From Methylococcaceae bacterium (lineage in GTDB: Bacteria > Pseudomonadota > Gammaproteobacteria > Methylococcales > Methylomonadaceae): DNA of 55,725 nucleotides. The stretch lies in contig JAJRDU010000186.1 of NCBI GenBank assembly GCA_028748685.1, forward strand, positions 1-55,725, read 5' to 3'. The notes under the pieces are model-generated. The model was not told where the DNA came from. It ran no database searches and saw nothing but the letters and a program-made list of their open reading frames with translations. How positions within the stretch are numbered: the stretch's first letter is position 1; every line of letters begins with the position of its first letter. Shown piece by piece: positions 39,984 to 49,294 of the stretch. Position numbers and translations under genes: made by a program.

Positions 39984-40796
39984 TCAAAAATAGCGGCGGT
40001 GTTCCAGAACCGGAAACGACGCGCGGGTTTTTTCCAAGCGGCCTTTATCGATGTTGGCGCTAACGAAACCGGCACCGGTCTTATAACAATCCAGCACCAC
40101 GCCCCAGGGATCGATGATCATGCTGTGGCCGTAGGTCTGGCGGCCATTCTTGTGAAAACCACCCTGATTCGGCGCAATCACATAACATAAATTTTCGATG
40201 GCTCGGGCACGCAGCAGGACTTCCCAATGCGCGGCGCCGGTTTTGGCGGTGAACGCCGAGGGAATGACGATGATGTCCAAGTTGCGCTGGCTCATCGGCC
40301 GGAAAAATTCCGGGAAACGCAAGTCGTAGCACACGGCGATGCCCAGCTTACCGAATGGGGTGTCGATTACGCAGGAATCGTCGCCGGCCTCGACCGAATC
40401 CGATTCCCGATATTCCTCGCTGGTGTCCGGGACGCTGACGTCAAACAGATGTACCTTGTCGTAACGGGCCACGCGTTTACCTTGGTCGTCGTAAATCAGG
40501 CAGGCCGCGCGGACTTTGTTGGGGTCACTGGCAACCAAGGGAATGGTGCCGCCGACTACCCAGACGCCGTGTTTTTTAGCAACCGACGAAAGGAATTCCT
40601 GAATCTGGCCGCTATCATCCGGCTCGCGCACTTTCACCTTATCCTGCTCGTGCATGCCCATGATCGCAAAGTTTTCCGGCAGTGCCACCAGTTTTGCGCC
40701 GGCCTTGGCGGCTTCGGCGATCAGCTTTTCAGCTTCGAGGAGATTGGAACTTACTTGCGGGCCGGAAGCCATCTGGATGGCGGCACATAGGGTCAT
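39984..40796 (-). CDS. Carbon-nitrogen hydrolase (Nit1/YbeM, deaminated glutathione amidase-like)
   Basis: LPENF, YDKVHLFDV, VCYDLRFPE, RARAIEN, GHSMIIDPWG; downstream of yhdP. Confidence 0.92.
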   Translation of the reverse strand: MTLCAAIQMASGPQVSSNLLEAEKLIAEAAKAGAKLVALPENFAIMGMHEQDKVKVREPDDSGQIQEFLSSVAKKHGVWVVGGTIPLVASDPNKVRAACLIYDDQGKRVARYDKVHLFDVSVPDTSEEYRESDSVEAGDDSCVIDTPFGKLGIAVCYDLRFPEFFRPMSQRNLDIIVIPSAFTAKTGAAHWEVLLRARAIENLCYVIAPNQGGFHKNGRQTYGHSMIIDPWGVVLDCYKTGAGFVSANIDKGRLEKTRASFPVLEHRRYF

Positions 40797-40825
40797 GGTT
40801 GATCTCTTGATTGTTAAACGATAAT

Positions 40826-40883
40826 TTTAGGTACAAGGTGGAGGCAAACTCGCTGTTTTGTACACTGCAGCTTGAACCTTGTT
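40826..40883. repeat. Remnant inverted heptamer repeat (NCAAGGT / CTTGNAC type)
   Basis: ttaggt-acaaggt ... ttttgtac-actgcag-cttgaac-cttgtta; same type as 6967-7054. Confidence 0.4.
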
Positions 40884-43800
40884 ACTCCAGCCAGCCGAAA
40901 TCGGTCAGGCCATGCCAGGTTTTGTTCAGCAGGCCACCTTGGTCGTGTACCGGTGTGACTTCGACATTGCCCCAGGGACCGGCCACCTTATATTCCGAGC
41001 CGAAAAAATAGCCTTCTTGGTAATTATTGGTGACGACTTCGGTAATGATTGCCACAATTCCACCGACGATTGTACCAGCAATAGGCACCGCACCGGAACT
41101 CTTGGGAATGACGGCCACCCGGTGATCCAGTATCTTGTCGACCAGATTGGCGGTGCCGACGATCTTCATTTTCGCGGAGACGGCATCGATCAACAAGTCG
41201 TCGGTATAAGCCACGCCGTTGGTCAGCCTGAAATTGCCGAAAATCTTGTCGAAAGCCAGTCCTTGCCGGTATATGTCGCTGAAATCCAGACTCAGACGCT
41301 TGGCCCATTGCTCCATTGCGATCAGGCCCAGCAGGCGTCCGAAGCCTGGCTCGATGCTGGAAATACGGCCATCGCTGAGTTTGACCTGCAGTTGGCCGTT
41401 GAGCTGGGCAAGTGAAAATTGGTGAGGGGCTCCGCTCCAGCCGCCGGTAAAGCTGATATCGGCATGGGTTTCCTTGAAATCATCGCTGATACCCAATTTC
41501 GCCAGAAACGATCCGAAATCATCCGTGCTCAAACTGCCGTTGATCAGAGTGGAACTGCCGTTTGGCTGCTTGATCCAGTCGGCGGTGAAATCGATGTTTT
41601 TATCGGCGCCGCCGAGTTTTATTTTCTTGAAATGGACGCCGCTATTCAGGCGGTCGGTCTGCAGCTTCAGCTTACCGAGATCGACCGAGCGCCACAAAAG
41701 CTGCCGGCTGTCGATGTCGATCAGCGGCAATACCGTCACGGCTTCCTCGGCGGCATCGAAATTCAATTCGCTCATCGCCGTCAGGTTCAGATAATCCATG
41801 TCCAGCTTGATGGGTTCCTTGCCGCTACGTTGATCCGGAATGCTTAACGAGCCTTTGGCCATCGCGCTGTCGATCGTGCCTTGCCAGGCTTGATTGCCAT
41901 GTTGGAAATGACAGCGTATCGCGCCGAGATTGTGGCCTTGCCAGATCAATTGATCGGTGTCGAGCAGTATTTCCCTCAGGGCTGGCCCACGCCCCTCGGT
42001 GGCGCTCAATGCGCCGACTGCTTGCGACAGCTTGAAACTCGGTTGCCGGATTTCGACTTTCAGTCCTGCTTGCCGTGGGGTATTCGCCGGGCCACCGCCG
42101 AGGACGATATGGCTGGAAAATAGGCGGCTCTGGGCATTATCGATCAAGAGTGCGGCATTCAGCTCCGCGCCGTAGCTTAGTTGCATAGGTACCAAGGGCT
42201 GGTCGTCGAATTGAAAATCCAGGCGCAGCGCTCGCTGTTCATCGGCTGTTTTCCCCAATGCATCTTCGCCGCTAATGCTGACGCCTTGCAGGTTACTGGA
42301 TATGCTTAAGGTTGTCGGCTGGCTAGCGGCATAGGGCAGGGTTAATTCGGCCCGATAGCTAAAGTTGCCATCGGCAATGTCGTTTTGCAGAAAGCTAAAT
42401 TGCTTTTCCAAATTGGCGACACTGGTGGCGCCCTCGATACGCAAACGGGTGGCGCTATCGTCGCTGCCCAACAGGGCTTTAATCGGGAAACCTAGCGTTG
42501 CCCCGGTTAACGGTTCGCTGCTGATGCGGTCTTCGGTAAAATGCAGGATACCGTTGATCTTGTCGACGGCCAGGTCAACCGGTTTCAAGGTCAAACGGGC
42601 GTCATGGAGATGAGCGTCGACACGGGCTCGAACCGGTTTGGTTTCGTAATAGGGAATGTTGAGATCAAGATCGACATGCGTATTGCTGTCGCTGGCGAGT
42701 ATCTTGGGCAGGTCATCGACATGGGGGTGCAAGGGGGTTTTCTGCAAATAGGACAAAGCATTCTGCACCGAGCCTTGTACCCGGCCCTTGACCTCGACGT
42801 GATCACTGTTGGCTAGGTTAGTGATGGTGACGACCGCTTGATCGATGCCGATATTTTCGCTACGGCCGTCGCTGATCGCGACCTTTAAGTCCTCGCCGAG
42901 AAACTGCACGTCGGCGGTCAGTTCACGCAAATGCGGCCAGTCCGCGTTGAATTGCAGATCGCCGTTTTCGACGCTGAATAAGGTTTCGAAGCGGCCTTGC
43001 CCGTTGGTGAATGGGAATTGGTCGAGATTTCCGCGAATCGTCAATTCTCCCTGAGTAATTTGTCCGCCAAAAAAGGCGTGATCCAGCCAGTCGACGGCGT
43101 CATTGCCCATCACCTTGGCCGGCAAATAGCCGGGTACCTTGCTCATGTCGGCGAAGTGTCCGAAGCGGGTATTGAGATCCAGGTTGGCAGCCGTTTTATC
43201 CTTGGGCAAAATCAGGTCGAAATCGGTTTCGGTTTCAAAATCGGGGGTGTCGAGTGTCAGGCCTCGGCTAATGACTCGCCAATTTTCGGTTTCCTGGTGC
43301 CAGTCCATGCGGCCTGTCAGTCTTTTGACCGCCAGGGTATTCCTGAATAAATCAGGCGCGTCGAACAAGGCATTTTCGCTGTAAAATTCGATTTGTCCGC
43401 CGCTATCGGTGCCGCTGATGTGGCCGGTCAAGCCCTGTAGGCGCGGCAAGGCGTTCACGGCGGCATTGCCTAACTGGCTGAAATGGCCGCTCAAGGCATA
43501 ATGCTGCCAGTCGCCTTGAGCATAGAGCGCAAAGTCATTGAGTATACCGGTGGGATTCAACTCCGGCCAGTCGCCATACTCATGGTCGGCGGGTATGAAC
43601 AACGGCGCGATATATGCCAGTGCCTGCAGATGCATGTGCTTGATCAAGCCCGACCAGTTGCCTTGGTTACCCTGTTGCAGATAAAACTCACCGTCCGGCC
43701 AGTGCCGACGGAAGGTGGCAAGGGTTCCAGCCCCTTCGCTGCACTCGGCAACTGCTCCCGGCGTTGCCCTACCTCCTCCATCCCTGGAGTCGTTCCGCCA

Positions 43801-44763
43801 TCCCTGGCAGTCGGCGACGATATCGACATCGTAAGCGCCCAGCCGCCAGTTTCCGTCTTGTTCCAGCCAGCTGACATTGCCTGAGAATGTATCCAAACGC
43901 AATGTCTTGCCTTGTTGATTGCCGATTTGGAGCTGTTGAGCTTGAATATAGCCGGCTATCCGGTAAGGGGTGGAATGACGCCACTCGCTCCACAGCCTGA
44001 CATCGCCAGAACCCGAGTCGATTTTCAGACCCTGCGGCAGATCGCCGTTAGCCAGCGCCGGGCCTTGCAGATTGACGGCTTCGACATATAGCTGGCCTTC
44101 GAGATTATCGGGTTCGAAAACATTGCCTTCGATCAGCGCCGAAATCCGCAGCGTTTCGCCGTATTGTTCCGGCAAGGTGGTAAGCAAATGGATTTCGTGG
44201 CTGCGGCCGAAATAATGGTTTTTCAGCAGCAGATCCAAATTGTTAAAGTGGACTCGCTTACCATTATTTTTTAAATCCTGCCAACTGACATCGCTTTGCA
44301 GGAGCTCGTATTTACTGCCTTGCAGCAGCCATAGGGGTTGTTCGTCGCTGCTTTGCAGGCCTTTAATGACGAGCTTGCCGTCGAGGTCGCGTATTACATC
44401 AATCTTGGCGCCGACCAGCGTGACCCAACTGGACGACAGCGCGTCACGCGTCCACAGCAATTGCAATAAATCGATGCCGAGCCGGATTTCCTTGAGCCGT
44501 ATCGCAGGCTTGGCTTTGGCGTCGGCGCCATCAACCGAAATATTTTCCAACACGATGCCGGGGCTGAAGCCACGCATATTGGTGCTTAAGCGGCCGATGC
44601 GTATCGGGATATGAGTGGTTTCGCGGATTTTCTGTTCCAATTCCTGCTTGTAATCGGCGACGTCAGCCAGGAATATCCGCACCGCGGACAAGGCCAGCGC
44701 CGTCGCGATTAATGACCAGAACAGAAGATGCCGCGTCGCCCGCGTAACGTGGTGGATAACCAA
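40882..44763 (-). CDS. yhdP: YhdP (AsmA-like phospholipid transport bridge protein)
   Basis: 1293 aa, N-terminal TM, YLP..VM....V.WL..A, GRLLGL.....L..RL.LDFSD, Y.V.GPW C-terminus; follows rng. Confidence 0.92.
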   Translation of the reverse strand: MVIHHVTRATRHLLFWSLIATALALSAVRIFLADVADYKQELEQKIRETTHIPIRIGRLSTNMRGFSPGIVLENISVDGADAKAKPAIRLKEIRLGIDLLQLLWTRDALSSSWVTLVGAKIDVIRDLDGKLVIKGLQSSDEQPLWLLQGSKYELLQSDVSWQDLKNNGKRVHFNNLDLLLKNHYFGRSHEIHLLTTLPEQYGETLRISALIEGNVFEPDNLEGQLYVEAVNLQGPALANGDLPQGLKIDSGSGDVRLWSEWRHSTPYRIAGYIQAQQLQIGNQQGKTLRLDTFSGNVSWLEQDGNWRLGAYDVDIVADCQGWRNDSRDGGGRATPGAVAECSEGAGTLATFRRHWPDGEFYLQQGNQGNWSGLIKHMHLQALAYIAPLFIPADHEYGDWPELNPTGILNDFALYAQGDWQHYALSGHFSQLGNAAVNALPRLQGLTGHISGTDSGGQIEFYSENALFDAPDLFRNTLAVKRLTGRMDWHQETENWRVISRGLTLDTPDFETETDFDLILPKDKTAANLDLNTRFGHFADMSKVPGYLPAKVMGNDAVDWLDHAFFGGQITQGELTIRGNLDQFPFTNGQGRFETLFSVENGDLQFNADWPHLRELTADVQFLGEDLKVAISDGRSENIGIDQAVVTITNLANSDHVEVKGRVQGSVQNALSYLQKTPLHPHVDDLPKILASDSNTHVDLDLNIPYYETKPVRARVDAHLHDARLTLKPVDLAVDKINGILHFTEDRISSEPLTGATLGFPIKALLGSDDSATRLRIEGATSVANLEKQFSFLQNDIADGNFSYRAELTLPYAASQPTTLSISSNLQGVSISGEDALGKTADEQRALRLDFQFDDQPLVPMQLSYGAELNAALLIDNAQSRLFSSHIVLGGGPANTPRQAGLKVEIRQPSFKLSQAVGALSATEGRGPALREILLDTDQLIWQGHNLGAIRCHFQHGNQAWQGTIDSAMAKGSLSIPDQRSGKEPIKLDMDYLNLTAMSELNFDAAEEAVTVLPLIDIDSRQLLWRSVDLGKLKLQTDRLNSGVHFKKIKLGGADKNIDFTADWIKQPNGSSTLINGSLSTDDFGSFLAKLGISDDFKETHADISFTGGWSGAPHQFSLAQLNGQLQVKLSDGRISSIEPGFGRLLGLIAMEQWAKRLSLDFSDIYRQGLAFDKIFGNFRLTNGVAYTDDLLIDAVSAKMKIVGTANLVDKILDHRVAVIPKSSGAVPIAGTIVGGIVAIITEVVTNNYQEGYFFGSEYKVAGPWGNVEVTPVHDQGGLLNKTWHGLTDFGWLE
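43704..43815. repeat. In-frame palindromic repeat insertion within yhdP (nested element)
   Basis: Bounded by GCCGAC/GTCGGC; two CC-ATCCCT-GG hairpins and a GGCAAC...GTTGCC stem; encodes CQGWRNDSRDGGGRATPGAVAECSEGAGTLATF. Confidence 0.75.
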
Positions 44764-44772
44764 AATTTAAGC

Positions 44773-46227
44773 CTACAATAGCACCACGTCGTAATGTTCC
44801 TGGTTGTATTCGGCTTCGGCGCGGATCTTGATGCCGACGCGCAGAAACATTTCCAGCTCGGCCAGCATGTCGGCTTCTTCGTCGAGGAGCATTTCCACGA
44901 CCTGTTCCGAAGCCAGCACCAGGATCTGCTGCACACTGTATTGCCGCACCACGCGTATGATTTCACGGAAGATTTCCAGGCAAATCGATTCCGGGGTTTT
45001 CAGCACGCCGCGTCCGCCGCAAGTGGAGCAGGGTTCGCAGAGTATGTGTTCGAGGCTTTCGCGGGTACGCTTGCGGGTCATTTCCACCAGGCCCAGCGCC
45101 GAGACTTCGGTGATCTTGGTCTTGGCGTGATCCTTGTCCAGATTGCGCTGCAAGGCCTGTAAAACCTGTTTCTTGTGGTCGTCGCTCTGCATATCGATGA
45201 AGTCGATGATGATGATGCCGCCCAGATTGCGCAACCGCAATTGCCGGGAAATGGTTTGCGCCGCTTCCAGGTTGGTCTTGAAGATGGTTTCTTCCAGATT
45301 GCGGCCGCCGACATAGCCGCCGGTGTTGACGTCCACGGTAGTCATCGATTCGGTCTGATCGAATACCAGATGGCCGCCGGACTTGAGCTTGACCTTGCGA
45401 TCCAGCGCCTTGCTGATTTCATCCTCGACATTGTAAATATCGAACACCGGACGTTCCCCGGAATAATGCTCAATGATGGCGACCATTTCCGGCACGAAGG
45501 TTTCGGCGAATTCGATCAGGCGCAGGAAGGTCTCCCGCGAATCGATGCGCACCTTCTCGATGCCTTCCTTGTATAAATCCCGCAAGGTGCGGATGCTGAG
45601 TGGCAAGTCTTCGTGGATTAGCGTCTTGACCTTGGCCTTTTTGCTTTTATCCAGGATCGATTCCCAGAGCTTGTGCAGAAAGGTCATGTCGGAATACAGG
45701 ATTGCTTCTTCCACGCATTCGGCGGCGGTGCGGGCGATGAAGCCGCCTGGCACGGTGTGCTTTTGCAGATAGCCTTCGATGCAAGCCCTAAGCCGCACCC
45801 GCTCTTCCTCGCATTCTATGCGTTGCGATACCCCTGAATTGCTGGCGTAGGGCATGTAGACCTGATAGCGGGACGGGATGGAAATGTCGGTGGTCAGCCG
45901 CGCGCCCTTGTTGCCGAGTGGGTCCTTGGTGACCTGGACCACGATCTTCTGGCCTTCCTTCAGATAATGCTCGATATTCTCCGAGCCGTCGGCCAGTTCC
46001 TGGGCGTTGAAGTCTGACAAATGCAGAAACGCCGCCTTTTCCAGGCCGATGTCGACGAAAGCCGCCTGCATGCCCGGCAATACCCGGCACACTTCGCCCT
46101 TGTAGATATTGCCGACCAGGCCTTTCTGACGCACGCGCTCGATGATCAGTTCCTGAAGCACGCCGTTTTCGATCACCGCGACCCGGGTTTCCGGCGGGGT
46201 AACATTGATTAATATTTCTTCACTCAT
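44773..46227 (-). CDS. rng: Ribonuclease G
   Basis: MSEEILINVTP.ETRVA, VGNIYKG, DQTESMTTVDVNTG, LRNLGGIIIIDFIDM, CxxC. Confidence 0.96.
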   Translation of the reverse strand: MSEEILINVTPPETRVAVIENGVLQELIIERVRQKGLVGNIYKGEVCRVLPGMQAAFVDIGLEKAAFLHLSDFNAQELADGSENIEHYLKEGQKIVVQVTKDPLGNKGARLTTDISIPSRYQVYMPYASNSGVSQRIECEEERVRLRACIEGYLQKHTVPGGFIARTAAECVEEAILYSDMTFLHKLWESILDKSKKAKVKTLIHEDLPLSIRTLRDLYKEGIEKVRIDSRETFLRLIEFAETFVPEMVAIIEHYSGERPVFDIYNVEDEISKALDRKVKLKSGGHLVFDQTESMTTVDVNTGGYVGGRNLEETIFKTNLEAAQTISRQLRLRNLGGIIIIDFIDMQSDDHKKQVLQALQRNLDKDHAKTKITEVSALGLVEMTRKRTRESLEHILCEPCSTCGGRGVLKTPESICLEIFREIIRVVRQYSVQQILVLASEQVVEMLLDEEADMLAELEMFLRVGIKIRAEAEYNQEHYDVVLL

Positions 46228-46904
46228 GCGATGACTTTCGACTGTAAGGATTCGGGAGGTATGCCCTCTGGGGCATAAAGATTAATGCCGGGGCGACAAG
46301 CCGCTCCTGCGTTTGCTGCATCCTGTACCTCGGCAATGACCAGGATGCCTTGTTTGGCTAATAGTTGTGCGGTTTCAAACAGAGGCAAGCCCATCACCCC
46401 GGAAAAACTGCCGGTAATCGATTCGATAAAAATGCCGGCCAGCCCTTGTATTGCATAGGCGCCCGCCTTGTCGCGGGGTTCGCCCGTGTGCCAGTAGGCG
46501 ACGATTTCGGCTTGGCTCAGCGCTCTGAAGGTTACTTCGCTGACGCTCACAGCCTGCCAGTGCCGGTCGCCGCGCAAGGACACCGCGCTGTAAACCTGAT
46601 GTGTGCGTCCGGAAAGCCGGCTTAGCATATCGACCGCATGCTCCATGTTTTCCGGTTTGCCCATGATATGTCCGTCGCAGACCACGCAGGTATCGGCAGA
46701 CAGCACCGGCAAGTCTTGGTTCAAAATCGCCCTGCAAGCCGCCGACTTTTCCGCCGCCACCCGCTCGACGTACACCAGTGGTGATTCCCCCGGCAGCGGC
46801 GCTTCGTCGATGTTGACCGCCATGATCTGGTGGCGAATGCCGATTTGTTTGAGTAATTCGCTGCGGCGCGGTGATGCGGAGGCCAGAATGATTTGCGCGG
46901 TCAT
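46224..46904 (-). CDS. maf: Maf/YhdE nucleoside triphosphate pyrophosphatase with a repeat-derived C-terminal extension
   Basis: ILASASPRR, ADT.V, GKP, DKAGAYAIQG, VMGLPL. Confidence 0.93.
   Translation of the reverse strand: MTAQIILASASPRRSELLKQIGIRHQIMAVNIDEAPLPGESPLVYVERVAAEKSAACRAILNQDLPVLSADTCVVCDGHIMGKPENMEHAVDMLSRLSGRTHQVYSAVSLRGDRHWQAVSVSEVTFRALSQAEIVAYWHTGEPRDKAGAYAIQGLAGIFIESITGSFSGVMGLPLFETAQLLAKQGILVIAEVQDAANAGAACRPGINLYAPEGIPPESLQSKVIA
46236..46340. repeat. 105-bp hairpin-rich insertion in the maf 3' end
   Basis: Flanked by near-direct repeats GCGATGAC/GCAATGAC 105 bp apart; hairpins ATGCCC-TCTG-GGGCAT and GCCGGGG...CCTCGGC. Confidence 0.6.
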
Positions 46905-46907
46905 GCT

Positions 46908-47372
46908 TTAACGATGGTAAGGGTGGTTGTTCAACAAACTCCACGCCCGATAGAGTTGTTCGGCGACGATCACCCTGACCAAGGGATGCGGAAAGGTCAG
47001 CGGCGACAGACTCCAGGATTCCCGCGCCAGATCCTTGATCTGTTGCGACAGGCCTTCCGGGCCACCTACCATCAGGGCCAGCGGCTGGCCGTTGCCCAGC
47101 CAGCGCTGCAAGGCTTGCGACAAGTCCTGCGTCGTCCACGGTTTGCCGGGGATATCCAACGTCACCACATGGGCTCTGGGGGGCAGGGCGGCAATCATGC
47201 GTTCACCTTCATCCTTGGTTATACGGGCGATGTCGCCGCCACGGCGCTTGTCGGGCGCGATTTCCTTCAACACCAGTTCACATTCGCGGGGCAGGCGTTT
47301 TGCATACTCATTATAGCCTTGCTGCACCCAATCCGGCATGCGGTTTCCAACGGAGATCAGATGTATTTGCAT
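46908..47372 (-). CDS. rlmH: 23S rRNA (pseudouridine1915-N3)-methyltransferase
   Basis: MQIHLISVG..MPDWV, VGGPEGL, SLSPLTFPHPLVRV...EQLYRA...HPYHR; start ATG 47372. Confidence 0.95.
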   Translation of the reverse strand: MQIHLISVGNRMPDWVQQGYNEYAKRLPRECELVLKEIAPDKRRGGDIARITKDEGERMIAALPPRAHVVTLDIPGKPWTTQDLSQALQRWLGNGQPLALMVGGPEGLSQQIKDLARESWSLSPLTFPHPLVRVIVAEQLYRAWSLLNNHPYHR

Positions 47373-47454
47373 GGCGCTGAGAGTACAGGTAAGCGGAATA
47401 GGGCAATGCCGCGCATTATAACGGTTCTGCCGCCGGCACGTGGAAGCTTGGAGA

Positions 47455-47560
47455 TGAGGGGAGTAGTGAGTGGTAAATAGTGAGTAGGCGTTGTTTTGAC
47501 CTCCTACTATCCACTTTCTACCCTCAACGTTTGATTTGCCTACCAACTCATTCGCCAACC
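47455..47560. repeat. Degenerate inverted heptamer repeat (GTRGTRA / CTWYCYA type)
   Basis: gtagtga-gtggtaa-atagtga-gtaggcg then cctccta-ctatcca-ctttcta-ccctcaa. Confidence 0.62.
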
Positions 47561-47677
47561 TAACCAGTTCGTGGCAGACGATACTGAGTAAAATCCTGGT
47601 TGGAATAGATGATTGCTTGTCCCTGTGTTTGGCTTGTGGGATTTGGGAAATTGGTGGCCCGCGCAAAAAGCGCGGGC

Positions 47678-48469
47678 TTAGTCGCGCATGATGGCGTTGC
47701 GGCGGTCGGTTTGTTTGTAATAGCTGCCAAGTATCCACATTTGATACATCGAGACACACCACATGAAGGCGAAGGAAAGGCCCAGGCCAGCGCCGGCGAT
47801 GATGACCAACCAGGCGAAGTGCGGGTTAAGCTTGGTCAGCCACCAGGAGGCGATGTCGATCAGCAGGAACAAATAGGGCATGACGATGGCCGTGTATTTG
47901 TATTTGCGCGGCACACCGGTGCTGAAGCTGAAAATAATGCCGACGAACATGAAAATGAAGCTGATGCCGAACAAATGGATATGGGAGACTCGGGTCAACG
48001 ATTGAAAGCTAGCGCCTTGATTGGATTCGGTGGTTTTCTTGAGATTTGCGTACTGGCCGAAGTCGGATAGCGAGCCGGCGTTGGCGTTATGGCAAAGGAC
48101 ACAGCGTTGGTCGACGATGGCTTTGATTTCGGCGTGGTAGGTGGCTTGGTCGCCACCGTCCCTGGCCCACTGAATCAGTTTGAAGCGCTCTTGTTCCGGA
48201 GCATTGGCTTTCATCGAACCATTCAATTTCGATTCCAGCATGGAACCGGAACGATTGCCGTAATAGCTGTAAACGATGTCGTCCAGCGACAGACCGAATT
48301 TACCGTCGGCCATGCCGTAGGTAAACAGAATTTGAATTAGCGCCATCAGGTAACCGGCTGCGATGGTCGTTAGATAACCGGTAAACAGCAGTTTGATCGA
48401 CGTACCGAAACTGATCAGATTGATTGCGTGGTCGGCTGGTCTTGTGGATACTGTATTTTGATCGTTCAT
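47678..48469 (-). CDS. Uncharacterised multi-pass membrane protein with a single CxxCH heme-c motif
   Basis: N-terminal TM, periplasmic CVLCH, SHIHLFG, three further TM helices. Confidence 0.75.
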   Translation of the reverse strand: MNDQNTVSTRPADHAINLISFGTSIKLLFTGYLTTIAAGYLMALIQILFTYGMADGKFGLSLDDIVYSYYGNRSGSMLESKLNGSMKANAPEQERFKLIQWARDGGDQATYHAEIKAIVDQRCVLCHNANAGSLSDFGQYANLKKTTESNQGASFQSLTRVSHIHLFGISFIFMFVGIIFSFSTGVPRKYKYTAIVMPYLFLLIDIASWWLTKLNPHFAWLVIIAGAGLGLSFAFMWCVSMYQMWILGSYYKQTDRRNAIMRD

Positions 48470-48922
48470 GGCTTTGTTTTGGTATCTATATCGGTTGAAA
48501 TCGGCGGGTCAAACTGGCTTTATGCTTGCCCAGCCTGCGACCTTCTTCGCCGAGATTATTCATATCCTTCCTACATGCGTTGTTATTTTTTATAGCTTTT
48601 GCGCTGAACGGCATGAGGGCGATGGTTCCATCATTCTTGACGATGATTTTAACCATTTCTTTGCCGAGGGCGATCTTAACCCTCGGAACAAAGTAGCTTA
48701 AAGCAATACTTTGTTGTTTTTAGTGTTGTGAGGTGTTTTTGTAAAAGGTTGGTAGGGTGAGGGGCTGTCGAGCGCTAGGGGCGCTATGCCAATTTCAGAT
48801 TGGCCGGAATTTGGGGAGGGAGGACGGGTTGAGCGTATCGGTTGATAGCAACAGCCGTTAAAGATCAATGCGACCCGCCAATTTAGGCTTCGGAGGGTCG
48901 CAATTACAGCAGTTATCTGGTG

Positions 48923-49192
48923 TTAATGCAGGTCCGGCACCGGCACTTCGGAACCGGGTTTTTGAATGGCTTCTTGCTTGCTTTGCTGGGCTTTTTCGGC
49001 TTGCAGTTGCTTGTTTCCTTCACCATACATGACAGCTCCTATCATGAACAACACGCCGGCAATCATCGCAATCGGCAGGCGTCCGGGTTTTTCCATCCAC
49101 AACAAGATCCATTTGGGTTTTATCATGCCGACGATCAGCACAATTATCGAAAGAATCAGTACGTTAAAGCTGTAGTAGATCAAGGTGTTCAT
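48923..49192 (-). CDS. Small hypothetical membrane protein (2 TM)
   Basis: Hydrophobic helices separated by GMIKPKW.L.WMEKP.R; polar tail. Confidence 0.7.
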   Translation of the reverse strand: MNTLIYYSFNVLILSIIVLIVGMIKPKWILLWMEKPGRLPIAMIAGVLFMIGAVMYGEGNKQLQAEKAQQSKQEAIQKPGSEVPVPDLH

Positions 49193-49294
49193 GAATTCGG
49201 TCCGGTTTCCAGCAAGTTATACAAACATACATTATTATTAGCCGGGTGACAGTTTGCAATAAACAATATTCACATTCACTTTTTAGGAGGCGCT

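Noticed and set aside
47373-47762. Long N-terminal extension of RlmH in the ORF track (similar extensions for rpmB, pyrC, moaE, DUF58 and the BamC-like gene)
   Set aside because: Homology starts at downstream ATGs; the extensions run through repeats or neighbouring genes.
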